Origin: an uncultured Acidobacteriota bacterium | GTDB lineage: Bacteria; Acidobacteriota; UBA6911 | Reading direction: 5' to 3' | Assembly (NCBI GenBank): GCA_963843575.1 | Contig: CAWJKZ010000013.1 | Coordinates: 320,001-384,000 of the forward strand | Length of the DNA stretch: 64,000 nucleotides | Shown here: piece by piece, positions 60,883-64,000 of the stretch | Position numbering within the stretch: the first letter of the stretch is position 1 | Layout: each line of letters begins with the position of its first letter | Notes under the pieces: model-generated | Database searches by the model: none | What the model was told of the DNA's origin: nothing | The model's input: only the letters and a program-made list of their open reading frames with translations | Translations under genes and position numbers: made by a program

Positions 60883-63800
60883 ATGAAGCGCTTTGTTTCA
60901 ACCAGAGGCTGGGTTGTGTTCCTGGCCGTTCTACTGCTGCCGGCCATGATGCTGGGGCAGGAAGTGACCGGCAGCATCGCCGGCACCGTGCTCGACTCGA
61001 GCGGTGCGGCGCTGCCGGGTGCAAGTCTTGAGGTCGTCGGGCCGAACTTGCGTGCGCCCCCTCACGTCGACCAGCGACTCTACGGGCAACTACACGTTCC
61101 CGTCGGTACCGGCCGGAACCTACACTGTGACCGCTACGGCGAGCGGTTTCACCTCAATGAAGCAGACCGGGATCAACGTCGTCCTCGGCCGCACTGCCCG
61201 CCTTGAGTTCAAGCTCACGGTCGGCGCAGTGGCGGAGACCGTCACCGTGACGGGCGACGCCGTGATGGTCGACACCTCGTCCAGCGCCTCGGCCGTGACC
61301 GTGGACAGGATGTTCTTCGACCAGCTCCCGAAGGGTCGTGGGTTTTACGACCTGATCAACCTCGCGCCCGGCGCGCGCAACGAGAGCAAGACCGGCGGAT
61401 ATCAGGTTGACGGAGCCTCGGGTTCCGAGAACACGTACTACCTCGACGGGATGGAAGTTACCAACGTCCAGACCGGCATCCTGAACACCCAAAACCGTAT
61501 CCCGGTCGAGGCGGTTCAGCAGGTCCAGGTCAAAAACGGCGTCATGGATGCCCAGTGGGGAGGCGCCATGGGCGGCGTGGTCAACGCCGTCATCCGCAAC
61601 GGCACGAACTCGTTTCACGGCCAGGCGGGCTTCTATTTCGACAACGACGCGATGTCGGCGAATCTGCGGCCTACTCTGGAAACGATTGATATTACCGATG
61701 AGAACCGCTCGCGTTTGCGGTATTTCCAGAACAAAATGGACGACTATTCCAACTGGAACCCGGTGTTTAACATCGGCGGCCCGATCCTGAAGGATAAATT
61801 GTTCTTCTTCACCGGCTTCATGCCGACCAGAAAAACCGCCAGCCGCACCCTGACGTTTACCAACAACCAGACCGGGACGTACGCCCAGAAGGACGTCCAG
61901 CACTACGTCGTCAACAAACTGGATTATGCCCCGATTACCAAGATCCGGACGAGCATGAGCTGGATCTGGAACCCGGGCTACCAGCAAGGCACCCTGCCGG
62001 CGCGCAACGGCACGGACTCCCCGGCCAGGGACTGGGCCGCGCTCGGCAACTACTCGGCCGGCAACATCCTGTCCGGCCAGCTGGACTACATCGCCTCCAA
62101 CCGGCTGCTCTTCAGCTTCCGCGGCGGTTACCATTTCAGCAATTACAAGAACGGTTACGGCCTTTCCAGCCTGACCCACATCTACAGCACGGCGAACACG
62201 ATGTTCACCGATCTGCCGTCGAGTGTGCCTACTCAGACCGCGACCGGCTGGGTTCAGCAGGGGACGGCCCAGACGCAATTCGATGTTTACCAGCGCGTCA
62301 ACCTGAGCGCGGACGGTTCGTACACCGCCGAACCTCAAGGGTCAGCACAACCTCAAGTTCGGCTGGACGACAAACCGTTTGTCCAATAACGTCAACCGCC
62401 TCGACTATCCCTACGGTTACTACCGGTTCTACTGGAACCAGAGCTACACCTGCGTCACCAGCCAGTGCAACGGCAAGCAGCGGGGCACCTATGGTTACTA
62501 TCGCTGGTACACCTATGGCACGCTCGGCGATGCCTCCAGCGACAACCAGGGCCTTTACTTCCAGGACAGCTGGCGCGTGAACCGGCACCTCACCCTGAAC
62601 CTCGGGCTGCGCGCCGAGCGCGAGTTCCTCCCGAGTTTCTCTAAAGAAGGGATCGCGGCCGCGCCCCCCATCGAGTTCGGCTGGGGCAAGAAGATCAGCC
62701 CCCGCGTCGGCTTTGCGTGGGACCCGCAGGGTAACGGCAAGATGCGCCTCTATGGGTCGTACGGTGAGTTTTATGATGTCATGAAGTACGAAATGCCCCG
62801 CGGCTCGTTCGGCGGCGACATCTACCTCACCTACTACTATGCTCTCGACGATCCGACGCTCTTCAACACCCTGAGGACCTACGGCTACCCGTCCGATCCT
62901 TCCAAGCTCCCCGGCCGCTTCTTCGAAGGGATCAACTGGCGCATTCCGTCCAACGACCCGAACGACAGCACGGTCGATCCGAAATTGAAGCCGATGAAGC
63001 AGCGGATGCTCGATCTCGGATACGACTTCAGCATCAACCCGACGCTGGTCGCGTCGGTGCGCTACACTAACCGCCGTCTCATCCGGACGATTGAGGACGT
63101 CGGGACCCTTACCCCAGAAGGGCGAAATCTATTATATTGCGCAATCCGGGCGAAGGTCTGGTTGCCGATCCGGCCAACTGGGAGCCTGGTTTCCCGACCA
63201 CCCCGAAGGCGAAGCGTCACTACGACGCGGTCGAGGTTCGCCTTGACCAGCGCTTTGCGCGGAATTACCAGTTCGCGGCCTCCTACACCTACTCCCGTCA
63301 GACCGGCAATTACTCCGGCCTGGCGAGTTCGGATGAGAACGGGCGCACCAGCCCGAACGTGAACCGGTACTTCGACGTGCCGTGGCTCGCCTACACCGAA
63401 AAGGGAGTGATGGCCGATGGCGTGCTCGCGACCGATCGCCCCCACACCTTGAAGTTCTTCGGCGCCTACACCCTGAAGAACAAGCTGGGAGGCACGACGT
63501 TCTCCCCGAACTTCTCGCTGTACTCGGGCATACCGCTCACGACCGAGATCAATGCGGTCTCGTCGACGCCGGTTTACCCCTATGGCCGCGGCGATCTGGG
63601 CCGCACACCGGTCTACTTCAACACCGACTTCAACGTGATGCACGAATTCACCCCGTTCACAAACCACGAGGCGATGAGGCTGCGCGTTGAGCTCACGATC
63701 TTCAACCTGTTCAACACCAGCAAGGTAACCAACAAGAACACCGTCCTGCTACACGAGGACGACGGCCAGCTCACGTTCGACAACGACGCGGACATTTTCA

Positions 63801-63922
63801 AGGGGTTCAACACCAAGGCCCTCATGACTGCCCAGGAGCTTCGCGTGGCTCCGGCTTACAATATGCCCAGCGCCTTCCAGAGTCCTCGCAGCTTGCGTCT
63901 GCAGGTTGCCTTCTTCTTCTAA
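60883..63922 (+). CDS. TonB-dependent-receptor-like (Oar-like) outer membrane protein; frameshifts near 61055, 62330 and 63120-63145
   Basis: AAGGAGG SD; TGSIAGTV.DSSGA.LPG, LAPG, ENTYYLDG, GGVVN, YFQDSWRV, NLGLR, SPRVGFAWD, NLFN, ends PRSLRLQVAFFF. Confidence 0.9.
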
Positions 63923-63947
63923 ACAGAGCGACAATTCGTGTCCAGCC

Positions 63948-63976
63948 AGGGCGGCCCTCCGGGGCCGCCCTTTTTT
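63948..63976 (+). terminator. Rho-independent terminator
   Basis: gggcggccc-tccg-gggccgccc followed by tttttt, 25 nt after the stop. Confidence 0.85.
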
Positions 63977-63977
63977 A

Positions 63978-64000
63978 TGGAGTGCGGCGCCTCGGCGCCG
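63978..64000. repeat. Family A element, left arm (truncated by the window edge)
   Basis: tggagtgcggcgcctcggcgccg. Confidence 0.8.

Overview
GC-rich bacterial chromosomal window, very likely Acidobacteriota (three Acidobacterial-type VWA proteins, two large TonB-dependent-receptor-like genes, TPR proteins). It holds about 42 housekeeping and envelope genes, including anSME, uvrB-aroA-aroK, an ECF sigma, an Slt, a GT-C/GT2/methyltransferase operon, fadN-fadA, NrdR-boxed class II RNR nrdJ, an ABC exporter, a non-Pyl MttB homolog, mutY and a tricorn protease. Many genes carry single-base frameshifts that look like long-read indel errors. I see no tRNA, rRNA, CRISPR array or intact transposase. 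Notable points: (1) a signal-peptide peroxiredoxin with an in-frame UGA at the catalytic position plus a SECIS-like hairpin, i.e. a selenoprotein split by the ORF caller; (2) at least five families of short palindromic or periodic intergenic repeats that nest in one another, donate stop codons and C-termini to genes, sit beside -10 boxes, and in one case are flanked by a 61-bp duplication of a promoter plus gene start; (3) a composite element of about 690 bp at 51224-51914 with a possible transposase remnant and a near-perfect four-way-junction palindrome; (4) a strong leaderless-gene signature (TANNNT 6-9 nt before the start codon). All family assignments are from motif recognition by eye, not database searches.
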